In this document: piece by piece, positions 27,725 through 39,782 of the stretch
Numbering within the stretch: position 1 is the first letter of the stretch
Layout of the letters: each line of letters starts with the position of its first letter
NCBI GenBank assembly: GCA_000934665.2
Contig: JYFJ02000538.1
Location: forward strand, 1 to 64,000
From: Catajapyx aquilonaris
Taxonomy: Eukaryota
Direction of reading: 5' to 3'
DNA: 64,000 bases
Notes under the pieces: model-generated
Databases searched by the model: none
Seen by the model: the letters and a program-made list of their open reading frames with translations, nothing else
Told to the model about the DNA's origin: nothing
Made by a program: the position numbers and the translations under genes

Positions 27725-30700
27725 ATGGCAGAGAAGAGAAATGTGGAGGAGGAGGAAGCTAGATGGGCCAGGTTTGGTCTCATGCCAATCTATAAATGCA
27801 ATCAAGGTGAGTTCACTGTCAAGATTGCAAATTAGAAAAGCTGTAACTGCTGTTGTATAATAGGAAAATCATGAGGGAACCTTCCTCGTTTTCCTTCAAG
27901 AATATAAAGAGGTATGTTCTTCCTTTAACAGAACTTCAAGAAAATGCTGCAAATATGATGCGTCTGGTATTTGCTATGTACAACAATAATGAGGACTTCT
28001 TCTTTTCTGTTGTCAATTCCATTCCACACTTCCTCTGGCGATTTGCTATGGTGATGAATAACCTAGCCATCAACATCCATTGGCAAACACCATTGCATGT
28101 ACGTTAAGTATTTTCAAGTTAATTTCAAATATTGAGGAGTCCAGTGGAGTCCATTTCTTAGGAGGCTTCCCGTTTTATGGTTAGTTCTCCAGTTTAAACT
28201 GATAAACCATACTTCTCTTTTTTTCTTTTAGCTAGCTGTGGCTATGGGATCTGTAAATATGATAAGGGAGCTCTTAAAACGTGGGGCTGACCCGACCTCG
28301 CTAACTCACAACACATACGCCACTGCATCAGACCCGACCATCTTACACTGTGCGACATTACGGACACTGGTTGATAAGCTAAAGTTTTTGCTGGAAGAAG
28401 GGGTATGTCCTGTGGACTTGACCGGCTGTGATGGAAAAACCTCACTGCATGAGGCCATAAGTGTGGGTTCCTTAGAAATGGTTAAGCTTCTACTGGACCA
28501 TGGTGCAGATCCAAGAAAAACAACTGCATCACATAGAATAATGACCGCAGGTCTTGAAGCATTATTTCCCACCGTTGAGAACCATCAGTGGAACTCATTA
28601 ATGTTGGCAGCTGCAGATGCCCAATGTGAAATAGTTGATCTTCTACTTGAAAACCACTTTCACGATGGCATTAACATGACTACAAATAATGGAGCTACAG
28701 CATTGCACTGTGCAGTCAGGTGTGTAACTGTAAAATTATAATGGGGACTCTGTGCTTCACCTCCTTCCTTTAACAACCACTTTCAGAGGTGATTTTAGTG
28801 TCATTTTAACATTTTTTCTTTGAGTATAAGGACTTCAGTGTAAGCAACTTACCTTTTTCCTCGTAGACTGTGTGACTCAGAATCACTGGACAGTCGGAGA
28901 GCCACTCTTCAACTCCTTCTGGACCATGGCGCTGATCCCAACGCCCAAGTAACAAGCAATGGCTGCACTCCTGCACATGTGATCCTTCAGGATACTAGTT
29001 TCACTGAGGATGTCAGGTTGAATCAGGTGCTGGACACCTTGGCACTGCTTCACCACTGGAAGGCAGACTTCAGCATTCAGGACATGTGTGGGAGAACGCC
29101 CCTCCACTTGGCTGTGGCCTCGGGGTTCTGTCAGTACGTGCAAGCCCTGCTGACGTATGGAGGCAGGAATGAAAAGCGAGACAGGGATGGAAACACACCA
29201 CTATTACTGGCAGCTCTGCATGGGAATTCTGACACCTTTGATCTGCTGATGCAGAGTGAATCGTTTGATATGAACACCCATGTTGTAAGTTCTTTGAATA
29301 TTTTAACAGGTGGAGACCATGTCAAGATTTAGAGATTACTAAGAAAATGGTGATACCTGAAGGTATAGTACTACATGTCCTGAACTTGTCTTCCTTTAGA
29401 ATTCTTGGGGACACAACCTGCATCATGCTGCTGTCTTGGGCTTGCATGTAAATCCAAAAGGAGCGAGCATTATTATGAATTGTGTCAATGGCCAAATTGA
29501 CCCGAAAGAAGTGGATAAACAAGGAAGGACACCCAATGATTATGCTCATCATGTTGGATTTTTGAATGACCTGGACATCACCAAATATGAACAAAGAGAG
29601 TCATCCAAGAAAGACGATCCAAATATATTTGACCTAATTCGAAGTTGCCCTGACTACAAACCCAGTGAGAATGAGACATATGATCCGGCAGTGTGCAGTC
29701 ATTACCTTCTTAGGCTCTCTGAGCATCGAAGACTTGGAAAAATACACGATGACCCAAAAATGTGTGGGCATGAGCGATGCCTTGTGGCCAAGCAGGTATA
29801 CACTATGATGACATCTCTTTGGTCAACTCGAATCACTATAAATTTTTTAGTACTGCAGTAATGGGCTGTGTACTGCAAACAATTGGAGACATCCATTACT
29901 CATATCCATTTGCAATTGCTCCTTACTGTTGCAGGTATATGACACAGTAACCAGCCTTCTGAGGTGTGCATGTGAAGTGGACCAGCGCTTCAAGGGAGAG
30001 CTGCTTCGGACAGGGAGCATCTATGAGGGCTTCCGACTGGATGCTCCAGATGAGTTTGACCTCATGTATTCATTGGAAGAACTGACTAGTGCACTTACTG
30101 TTCGGAGCAGTGATGTTCCTGGATTTGTGTATGTAGAAGTGGCGGAACCAATGAGGAGTAAATACCAGGATCTTATTGACGACCATAACTTACTGAATGC
30201 TCAGAAAGTCAAAGAATTGATGGTCCGACTCGTATGGGAGGCTGCCAACCCAGAAACATGGAGCCTTTTGCCTGGACTGCATGCCAGTTGCACCAAGTAC
30301 CACAAGAATTGTGCTGTTTGCAAACCTATGGTGAGAGACATTTATTTTTTTGTGGCCGTGCTTTTGCTGATCTGTGATACCCTGCAGGTGGATTACACAT
30401 GTCCTGGAATCCAACTTCAGCTGATTTGGATCGGCCAGGAGTACAAGTGGCTTGCAATAGATGTGGATGTTATTCCCACCCTGAAAGTTGAGGGATGGCC
30501 AGAGGAAGCAGTTAAACCACAAAACGTAGACTGCTCATTCTACTACCTGGTGATTATTATTTTCAAAATATCTTTTGAGAATCATACAACTTATCCCATA
30601 TTTTCAGCCGAGGGATTTTTCATTCTAAATGTGTCATTCTTCATGATGTATACTCCAGCTTTGAGCTTGAGCATGATTTGGTACTTGACATTTGTAGTTT

Positions 30701-31470
30701 CATTGAAATGTCTTATTCATATTAATGAAATAATGATCATTATATCGATACAATTATTAATGATAATCCCAAACAAATGACTTTTTGTTGTAGAAACTGA
30801 ATATACACTCGCAGTTTGATGCTGATCATTTTCTCTGAATTTAATGCAGGTGCCAAAATCTGAAACCACCAATCCACTGCTGTGGCGTTTGTCTTTTTCA
30901 CACCAAGAGATGCAGATACTTCGCAGCCTAAACTATGAAACCCAGCATGCCTGCTACGCTATCTTAAAGATCCTGAAGGAATGTTACCAAACCATAAATA
31001 CTCTCCACACATACGTGATGAAGTCACTGTTATTCCAATCGCTAGATCAATTCAAAGACGAATCAGATTGGTCCCCAGATCAGCTGGCTTTGAGAGTGCA
31101 GCATATCCTCCAGATCTTGTTGCAGACAGTGAGTAATGAGAAGGAATCGATTCCATCCTACTTCCTACCGAATTATCATGTTACATCAGACGGTCGCCAC
31201 CAATGGAAACAGGCTGTAACAATAGGATTCTTCAAGTCTGCAATCAAGTCCATGCTAGATGATTTGGAGCTGTTGGGGAAGGGAGAAATGTGTTGGCCTG
31301 TGAAAATGGATGCAGCATTGGAGAGTCCTGTTAATTACAGTGACACTGATTTACAAGATTTCTCAAACAGTCATGATGTTGATGATGATTATGATGATGG
31401 GTTAGTGTTGATTGACACTGATGGTGTGCGCTTGGTAGTAGGTACCCCTACTACACTTGAGGATGATTAG
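27725..31470 (+). CDS. Ankyrin-repeat + Mab-21/cGAS-like nucleotidyltransferase (cGLR) fusion, ~8 exons; 5' start uncertain
   Basis: Ankyrin motifs (QTPLH|LAVAMG, GKTSLHEA..LLLDHGADP, GATALHCAV, GRTPLHLAV, GNTPLLLAA) spliced in frame to a Mab-21 core: TGSIYEG..PDEFD, IDVDVIP, VPK..WRLSFSHQE, ILKILKE, LHTYVMKSLLF, IPSYFLP. Confidence 0.88.
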
Positions 31471-31870
31471 CGCAGGAGGCCTTAACTACTCCAACCAGTC
31501 GGAGTGGACCGAAATGGTTCAAAATTGCCCGCTAGGTAAGAAAGACACCACCTACCTCGGGTTCCAAGACTGAAGCTCAAACCCCCTCAGTGGCGGAGAT
31601 CAGCTAAAGTGCACAGGGGGAGCAATAATCTATAAGGTATATGAGTGTCCGGGGATCTGCGTCCACTATTTCCAGGGTAATAGTAGAGATTTCACTGTAC
31701 TGTATTTGGTGATTTATTTATGCAGTATCTTACACACATGAAAGTGGCAGTAACAACTGGACAGCAATGGGCATTGTTATCACATAAACCCTCACATCAT
31801 CAGCAGCTGATAGGACAATTCTTCAAAATTGCACATAACTTAGTTTACTCTTGTTGGCTGACTTACCTGT

Positions 31871-31987
31871 GGTTGCACCAACAAAATTACCGGTCCGATA
31901 GCTCCTAATGGACAGATAGGTAGACCTTTTAACATGTGCTGTTGGTCTGTTAGGAGCTATCGGACCGGTAATTTTGTTGGTGCAACC
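31871..31987. repeat. Perfect 38-bp inverted repeat (probable Harbinger-like MITE remnant)
   Basis: 31871-31908 and 31950-31987 are exact reverse complements; termini GGTTGCACCAA resemble the 2271 and 54348 elements. Confidence 0.8.
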
Positions 31988-32014
31988 AGGCATTAGCCTC
32001 AGCTGTTGGTAACT

Positions 32015-35000
32015 TTATGGTGAGCCTTTGGAATATTGTACACTAATTCCTTTTGCCTTGGCCCACTCTTGCAAGGCATTTTTGGCATCGTTTGCATTTG
32101 ACTTGTTTTTGCAGTAGACAAAGACTACATGCTCTTCATACCTGGTAAAGAAGTTGTTTATAAAATAAAAATATTAATGTGGACAAAACATTGCATGCAT
32201 AATGAAGGAAAATTAGTACTTCTTTGGTAATGTGGATGGGAAATCACATTCTGTCAAGTACGTTGCAATGTTTTCTCTGTACTTGCTGAAAAACCGAGCC
32301 CGAAAGATTGGGTTCTCATTATTGTTCCCATAGTCAAAGTGACCTGAAGTGACAACAAGGTCATTTGCTTGGAAGTTGACCTCAATATCTCGCTTGACTT
32401 TTTCTGCATCCTGAATGTAAACAAAAAAAAAATATGTAGGGCTACTGGACAACATTATGATTCAACTTACTGCAATAAAATGTCCCTCTCAAACACTAAC
32501 CTCCATTTCTTCACTCTCCATCCGAAACTTTCCTATGAAAGGATAGAACTGCCTCCTCTGAATACGCTCTAGGATTTCCTTAGCCTCAATACACCCATTC
32601 CCATGAAGGATCTGATGAAATGTGTAGTCGCTAAGTTTTTCATACATGGACATGTCATTTGAAGCTTCGCTGAATTTATAACTGAAACAAGAGAAAATTT
32701 TTCTAAATTAGACATCTATACAGTATACATGAACAGAATTTAATTATTTTAAAATGTTGTTTTGATTACTAGTGTGAAGTTTACTAATGGGGTTGACAGG
32801 TTAAACCATGTCTACATTAATGCAGACAAGGTTAAGAAAGTTTGTCACTGCATGCCAGATAGCAGGGTGTACCAGCACAGCAACATTGAAGGCGACATTG
32901 GTGTATGATAATATATTATGTCACAAGCATGGTCTTATAATACTAAGGTCTGGTCACTACCTCTTATCGCCTGCCAGGGCGTTTTGCATGAGGTGCTCAC
33001 TTGAGATTGCCATGAGACCGCCTTAGTTTCACTGCTACATTATGTGACGACCCTACCGGACCGCGCTGAACTTAGGTAGAAGGGAAGCAGCTACATGCGG
33101 GCCCAACACGGCCACTGGCGATCATGTTGGGTCCCCCAATGTAGCGCTTCCCTTTTGTACCTATGAAGTTCAGCAAAGTCCGGTAGGGTCACCACATAAT
33201 GTAGCAGTAAAAGGCGGTCTCATGGCGCTCTCAAGTGAACACCTCATGCAAAACACCCCTTCAGGCGATAAGATAAGATTATAGGGGTAGTGTCCGGGGG
33301 TTGGTCAGAAGCAAAAATTCAGAATTTGAGAGAACACTGCTGTTGGTTGAGGCATGTCAATGCCGTCCCATACCACACTTGAGTCAAGAATTCCAGCTTG
33401 TGTAAGTATTGCCAGATAATGGCATGTCCTTCAATGACTGCCATCATCACTGGCATACCAACTAAGTTCTTGAAGTGCTCACATATAATTTTATGCCCCC
33501 CATAAAAATTCAAACACCTTTCTACATTCAGCCTCCATTTTGACATACTACTGCTACCCTATGTCTGTGGTGATGAAATCTGTTGAATATTGGTGGGATG
33601 GTGTTTTCTCATACCATTAAATTTTGTATAAAACTTCCTACTGATTAAAAAATGCATGCATTACTTTCAGACTTCTCTAATATCCCCATCAAAATATTTT
33701 AAAGGTCGCAACCAATTTTTTACTATTACATCGAGATCCACACCTACCATTCATTGGCAGCGATGAATGCATCCAAAATCATTTCCTCGATAACTTTGCA
33801 CACCCGATGTTGATATGCATGCCGATGCAGCTTTTCCCTCATGGCATACATTTCAATCAGATTGTTGACTTCCTTGTTGCGGTATGTTATGTGCCCATTG
33901 TTGACACGTGAGAATTTCATGATTCGAGTGTAATCAAAAGATGTCTTGATATTCAAGTGCAAACCATCCCTAAGGAGGTAATCCCACTTGTCCACATCTA
34001 TGCCTGTTTCTTTGTTGCTGACAATCTGGAACAAATACCAATTGTCAGAAGGATACTCACAAGTAAGGTGTACAATAGTAACAACATGGGAACTCACCTC
34101 ATACAGGTAAGATTTCTCAGGCCTCAGCATTGGCTTGGTTTCATTCCGCCATATCAACTCTCCAATGAACTCCATGTCATCATTTGTGAGAATCCAGTAT
34201 GGCCTTTCTCTCAGATTGTTTTGGTCAACAATATGTGTGAACATTTCAATAGAGAACCTTTCATGCTGTGAAAGCAATTTACACCTATTAGAGATCACTT
34301 TCTGGGTTAATGGGAGCTTGTCACAATGTTTGAATCCAAAAACAAACTGCCAAAAAAACAGTGCAGCCTGGACCCTGGATGGGGAGAAATAATTTTGCAC
34401 ATCATGGGACTTGCTGTTTGGTCCCAATGGAGGATTTCCAATACATTTCCATTACATTAACATTTGTCAAGCATAAAGCGGCATTTACATGCGAGCCATT
34501 TGACAAGCGAAGTCATCGCGAGTGACGTAACAAATATTTTGCTTGAGGTGAAAGTAACAATCGATTTTCGCCTCAAACAATACTGGTTACTCAGGTTACT
34601 CAGCATTGTTATCGCCGGTGATCAAATCACTCACATGTAAAGGCAATGAATCTCAATTCCACTTTAGACAAGTTTCACTGCATTTTCTTATTGGTAAGCA
34701 CATGGAGAATTGCATTACTACCGCTTGATGCACTGCAACAACAGAAGGGGTGATATAAGGACAGTTTATTCCAGTAACTAAGTTAATGAGAGTGAACAAT
34801 CACAATTTGTGAATGCAACTAACTATTGCTTTTCTCCAAATTAGTTTCTGCAGTGAAAAATACAAAACCTCTCCCCATTCTACCCACTTGGACTGTAGAT
34901 GTGGCACCTCCCTACATGTGACGTATGCTTACCTTCCAGTTGGTGTCTGGTTTCACCCTGAGCATGAACCTTTCCCACAGGTGTGAAAAGGGACCATGGC

Positions 35001-35909
35001 CCAAATCATGGCAAAGACCTGCTACCTGCAGGCAGAGAATGTCTTTCTCCGTGATTCCCAATTCAGGTTGCTGGCGCTGCAAGTGCATTCCGTATTCTCC
35101 TGCCAGGTAACATACACTGAAAATTATTGCAAGAGCACATTACTAATTAGGCTGATATGTGTGAGAGGTAGACAAAGTTTCACTTTGTATTTCTCATGTA
35201 CACAAGAGTCAGTGCAAAATTCCTCCTGACCATCACACTGATTTTAGCAATTTCTACTATATTTTTCTCCACGCATGATAAAATGACATATCTATGAGTA
35301 TAAATTACCAATCTCCTATTTTGTGGCTCATTTCAATTCACTTTAGTCTCAAAATTAGTTAATCAGATCTGCCAAATCTCCATGCAAGGGGCATAAGCTG
35401 TAGATAATCTTCAGGTTATGTCATAATGGTTCAGTTTGTAAACAGCTTGTCAGATAATAAGCTCATGCTGGTTCAACTGTCAAAAAGAAAAGTTTTTGAA
35501 TTTTTACTGTCAAGTAAGAAGTGGTCACATGTTTTCCCCCCTTCAGAAAAGTTTCTCATCAGTACTTCCATCAGAAGCAAGAAGACCGTAACTCAAATAC
35601 TAGTTTTTGAGTTAGAGTCTTCTTGCTTCTGACGGCAGAGTAGATGTAAGCTTGCACAAAGGGAGCTATTGAAAATCATGCTGGAACACCGCTCTGAAGT
35701 GGATTTTATTTTGGTACGTGAAGCATTAAAATCTGTAGCTACCCAATGCTGTGCTCAAATCTGTTGTGGGATGCTCCGGGATAGACATAGTAGGCACTTC
35801 CCAGCTGCTTCAGGTCACGTAGTCGTTGAAATTGAATGGTGTCCACTATGGCCATGCAGATGCAGGGTAGCTCAATATGGCCATGGACACTGTCATTGAT
35901 TATCTTCAT
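32015..35909 (-). CDS. SAMHD1: SAMHD1-like HD-domain dNTP triphosphohydrolase (no SAM domain seen), multi-exon
   Basis: [91 protein letters not shown]; stop TAA 32015-32017. Confidence 0.92.
32963..33272. repeat. ~310-bp imperfect fold-back element in SAMHD1-like intron
   Basis: cttatcgcctg..gttttgcatgaggtg..ctgctacattatgtg..ccctaccgga pairs with tccggtaggg..cacataatgtagcag..cacctcatgcaaaac..caggcgataag along the whole length. Confidence 0.8.
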
Positions 35910-38812
35910 GCTGGTCACTCTCTCTAGAGACGGGAAAAAACACATCTCACATTCATTCAAATTTATCAGCAATAGTAATAATGCTACAAAATTAACTCGA
36001 AGGTGTGTTAGATTTGTGTAACTTATTTTAATGGCCTCATTTATCTTTTGCTACAACATAATTACAGTAGTGTTACAGCCAGAGTCTGCCGGAAGTCACA
36101 TTTCCTGAAATGATTCTCATGTGATAATCTGTTATCTAGTTATTATCACAGAAATTGTGCTGGTGGTGCAAGTCCAAAACATAGTCTTCCGCAACAACTA
36201 TATGTTGCTCTGATTCCAACTTGTAATTTTTCACTACAACACCACGTGCAAGCATTACCGGTATCAGGTATCAAACTCAAATTATTTACATCCAGTATTA
36301 TGCTGTCCATTTACTACCAATGTATAGCACGTATTCTCTCATACATTCCTCCTCTGGATATCTGCATATTATGCAGAGTTGAATGTTTCATGAACATGCC
36401 GCAACGTATGGAGGTACTTTTGCAATATTGGCAATTTCCATAATTACACACACAACAACCCCACATGCGTACCAACCTCTAGTGACATGCATGCATTGCT
36501 GGTACTGCATTGTTGGAACAGAATGCTAAGCAAGCCTATTGAGCTTGACACCACCACCAGAGGCCACAAATCAACACTGACAGATCCCAATCAGTACGTT
36601 ACCCCCTCTGCTCTTATCACTCACTTATTATCGTTTATCACCAGCAGCCATGTGGGGCCATATATGCAATGAGACTGACCGGGTAGTGCAGCAATGACCT
36701 AATAAAACATGCTATTGAGTCACAAATTGAACTATCGTCATCTGGGGGGGTCTTTGCCCTCCGAAGAAGTTGCCCTTCCTTTTACAGCCACACTGCTGAT
36801 ATGCCAAGCTTGGTGTACTTACCCGGCACACTCGACGAATGCGGTGCTACGTACAATGCCTGACCGCCGAGTCTTTGTTTACAGCAACGGAACAGAACGA
36901 CTGACTCATACTCCAGACGGGTAGGCGCGACAGGACGAGGCGCCGACAGGAAACGAGACACTTACCGGGAGCTTATTATCCTGAAAGTTAGACAACCAAA
37001 TGGCCTTTGTCTCACGTGCTCTGCTCTTGTCCTCGGGATCAATTCGGCAACCTCTGTACGTGACGTCGGTGATTAGCATGTCAACAAATGCAAATACGTC
37101 ATTTGACAATTATTTGCGTCGAAGTAAAATGAAGTTTGTATGTCGCCGTTGCAAAAAAAATAACTGCCGCAGATGGGTGGATGGACACGCTTCCCACGTC
37201 TAGGACGAAGGCAGGAGGCATGGGTTATCAAAATAATCTGTATAGATGTGCATAATTTTTTAAATAATCATAATAACAAAAAAATATTTATAATCCAAAA
37301 TAAAATATTCAGTGTCATTATAATACATCATTCACGTGCATTTCAACTGATGGCTATACTTGGACAGAGTGCAAGTTAATTATGTAATTAATTATTGCTT
37401 GCCCGAGTGCTGCTTATTGCCATATTGTTGAAGGCGCCAGTACAAAGACCAATATAACAATGGCGCATTGTTGCATTAATAAAATTAGTTTCCATGTGCT
37501 CTTACATACAAAACCCCCTTCGTCTTCCCCAGATGGCGCATACCGGCATACGTGCGGTAACGTGGTAATAATCACGCAGTCACAAACATGTCACAAAATA
37601 GTCTCAGAGGCGGGCAAGGAGGATATTGCAACGTCTCAGGCTACTAATAAGATAAGAGTAGGCCTAATCATTTTCGAGTGGCCCCTGCCTCCAGGTCGGA
37701 TAGGCGTCCTTTGTAATGAACTGTCTGTGGCCAGTACGTCGCGACATGTAGTCATACCTCTCGACATGTGTCCCTTTGCAAATAGGCTAGATGGTGTATA
37801 TAGGCCTAATCCGGCTCTCAAATGATTCCGCTTACAACTGGATAACATTGCTTACAAATTACAATCATTAATTTTTGTGTTAAATTTTCTACCTAATGTC
37901 ATGCACCATTGCTGCCATTTCTAAGTTGCAATCAGTAACAATAGCAACAAATAAGACGAAGCTATAAAAAAGCGGCATGATGTTCTGTTGCATATCATAT
38001 ATATTCGTCAACGGTGCCATTCAATGCCCTTGTGGAATTTCGGCATCTACTTGCTTGTCACGTAAAATGCAATCCACGAATTCTTGTACTTCCGTCGTAT
38101 AGAGTTAGTTATGCGCATAGTGCTTATCTGTGTTTTCCAGAAAGCAAAAGGCAACAGACTGAAACTGCTGTTTTCCAATAAAGGAATGCACCTTTTTATC
38201 GCAAGTGGAGTAATGTCTCCTTGTCAACAGCAAATACCTTCCATTCCTCAAAAGACGACTCGACCTGGCCAGAATGTAATGATAAATAAGCAGCAAAGCC
38301 CGCAATTACGATAAATCAACGATTAAAAACATGGATATATATGCGAGTTGAGTTATTAATCCCCCACATGTATCATGACACTTTGTAAGAAAGTTTACAT
38401 TTCGCTTCTTCTGGCGTTGGTGTTTCAGTGTACAGGTATACTTGCGCAATTTTTTACAAATGTAATTAATTAATCGATTAATTACTTTATTGCATGTACC
38501 AGGTGGCCTAATCGACCCCTTAACGTACGATTGTCCCTGGGACCTGGAATCTTGCCAGGCTTGGTGTGAATGCCAAGGTTACAGTGCCGGTCGGTGCATG
38601 GGATTCATGTGGTCCATCTGCCGATGCGGAGCTGCGGATGTTTGAGATGCCATACTCAGCTGTTGTTTGACGTTATTATAGTCGTGCCCTTGCTGGAGAA
38701 AAACAGCGTGCTTGGAGTTGCTACAATACCAGGGTCGGTCTTAAAAGGAGGTTGTTGAAGGTTCCTTCGTCAGTTGCGAGTGACAAGAGCAGCAGTATAT
38801 AGTCACAGTGAG

Positions 38813-39070
38813 ATGTCCAAAATGGGTCTGGTCTACCGCTTCGTGGTCTTCTTGTGCCTCATTGCCGTGCTTAGTGGTAAGTATGGTGTTGCCGACGCGA
38901 CGGTACCGAGCAGTGGGATGACATGTATATTGTGTGTTGCAGAAGTGGCTGCTGACCATGGGTGTCCCTGGAGTCCCGTGGAATGCGCCGAGTATTGCCA
39001 GCTGCTGACCAGACGTGCCGGTACTTGCACCGGACTCTTCTGGCTCTCCTGCACTTGTATGGGGAAATAG
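38813..39070 (+). CDS. CS-alpha-beta defensin 1 (signal exon 38813-38876, exon 2 38943-39070)
   Basis: Hydrophobic signal peptide, phase-1 66-nt GT-AG intron, mature DHGCPWSPVECAEYCQLLTRRAGTCTGLFWLSCTCMGK with C-x6-C-x3-C-x9-C-x7-C-x-C. Confidence 0.85.
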   Translation: MSKMGLVYRFVVFLCLIAVLSGKYGVADATVPSSGMTCILCVAEVAADHGCPWSPVECAEYCQLLTRRAGTCTGLFWLSCTCMGK

Positions 39071-39692
39071 ACACAGATTTGCATGTAAGTCGCAATGTTG
39101 CATGTAAGCAGCAACAAGTTTGTAATTCAAGTTTGTAATTACAGGACAGATTCATCTAGCGACTTCCGCGATTGACTATCCAGCGATGACCAACTTGTGA
39201 GATGTGACCAATAGGACAGCATCTAATAGTCTCACGATTGTACTCAAGTAATGAAGACATGCCAGTTGGATAGCTGTGAACTTAGATGAATCAATAAATT
39301 TTTGTCCATAACATGTAGTCCCAAGTGTTGTGCTTATTTTAAGATCCTTGCATTCACAGATCATACGGTTTACTACAATGCATTGTGTGTACCGAGCGTA
39401 TTGTACAACGAATTGTTCTTGGAGACAGAAGCGCGGGCCAATTGTTTCCTTTCTAGACCAGCAACAATTAGCAACTGAATAAGACGCTCAAGTACGCATC
39501 ACAGGGCATTCTCACACGAACAATGAAAAGTAATCAAACGAGATACAATTATTTAGTACTATAGCATACCCTTTACTTTGCGTTCATGCTTCCGTTGGAG
39601 TTGTGTTACAATCTAATCAACTGTTCACAATTACTGAATAAAATGACGGTGTTACTCTGATTAGACAATTGCAACAGGGCGGCGTCCTCTAT

Positions 39693-39699
39693 TATAAAA
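39693..39699 (+). promoter_or_regulatory. TATA box of defensin 2
   Basis: TATAAAA ~85-90 bp upstream of the ATG at 39783. Confidence 0.5.
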
Positions 39700-39782
39700 C
39701 AGGAGGTTGGTGACAACACTCTTGCACTTCACATCCACACTTTCCAGTTCTCTCCCAAACTGGAACATTCTGGTAGAAAACC

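Noticed and set aside
27678..35909. Bacterial CBASS/dGTPase operon or contamination
   Set aside because: Both genes have multiple spliceosomal introns and metazoan-type motifs, and sit among animal genes
37900..38800. NF-kB sites upstream of the defensins
   Set aside because: Only partial matches (for example GGAATTTC), as expected by chance
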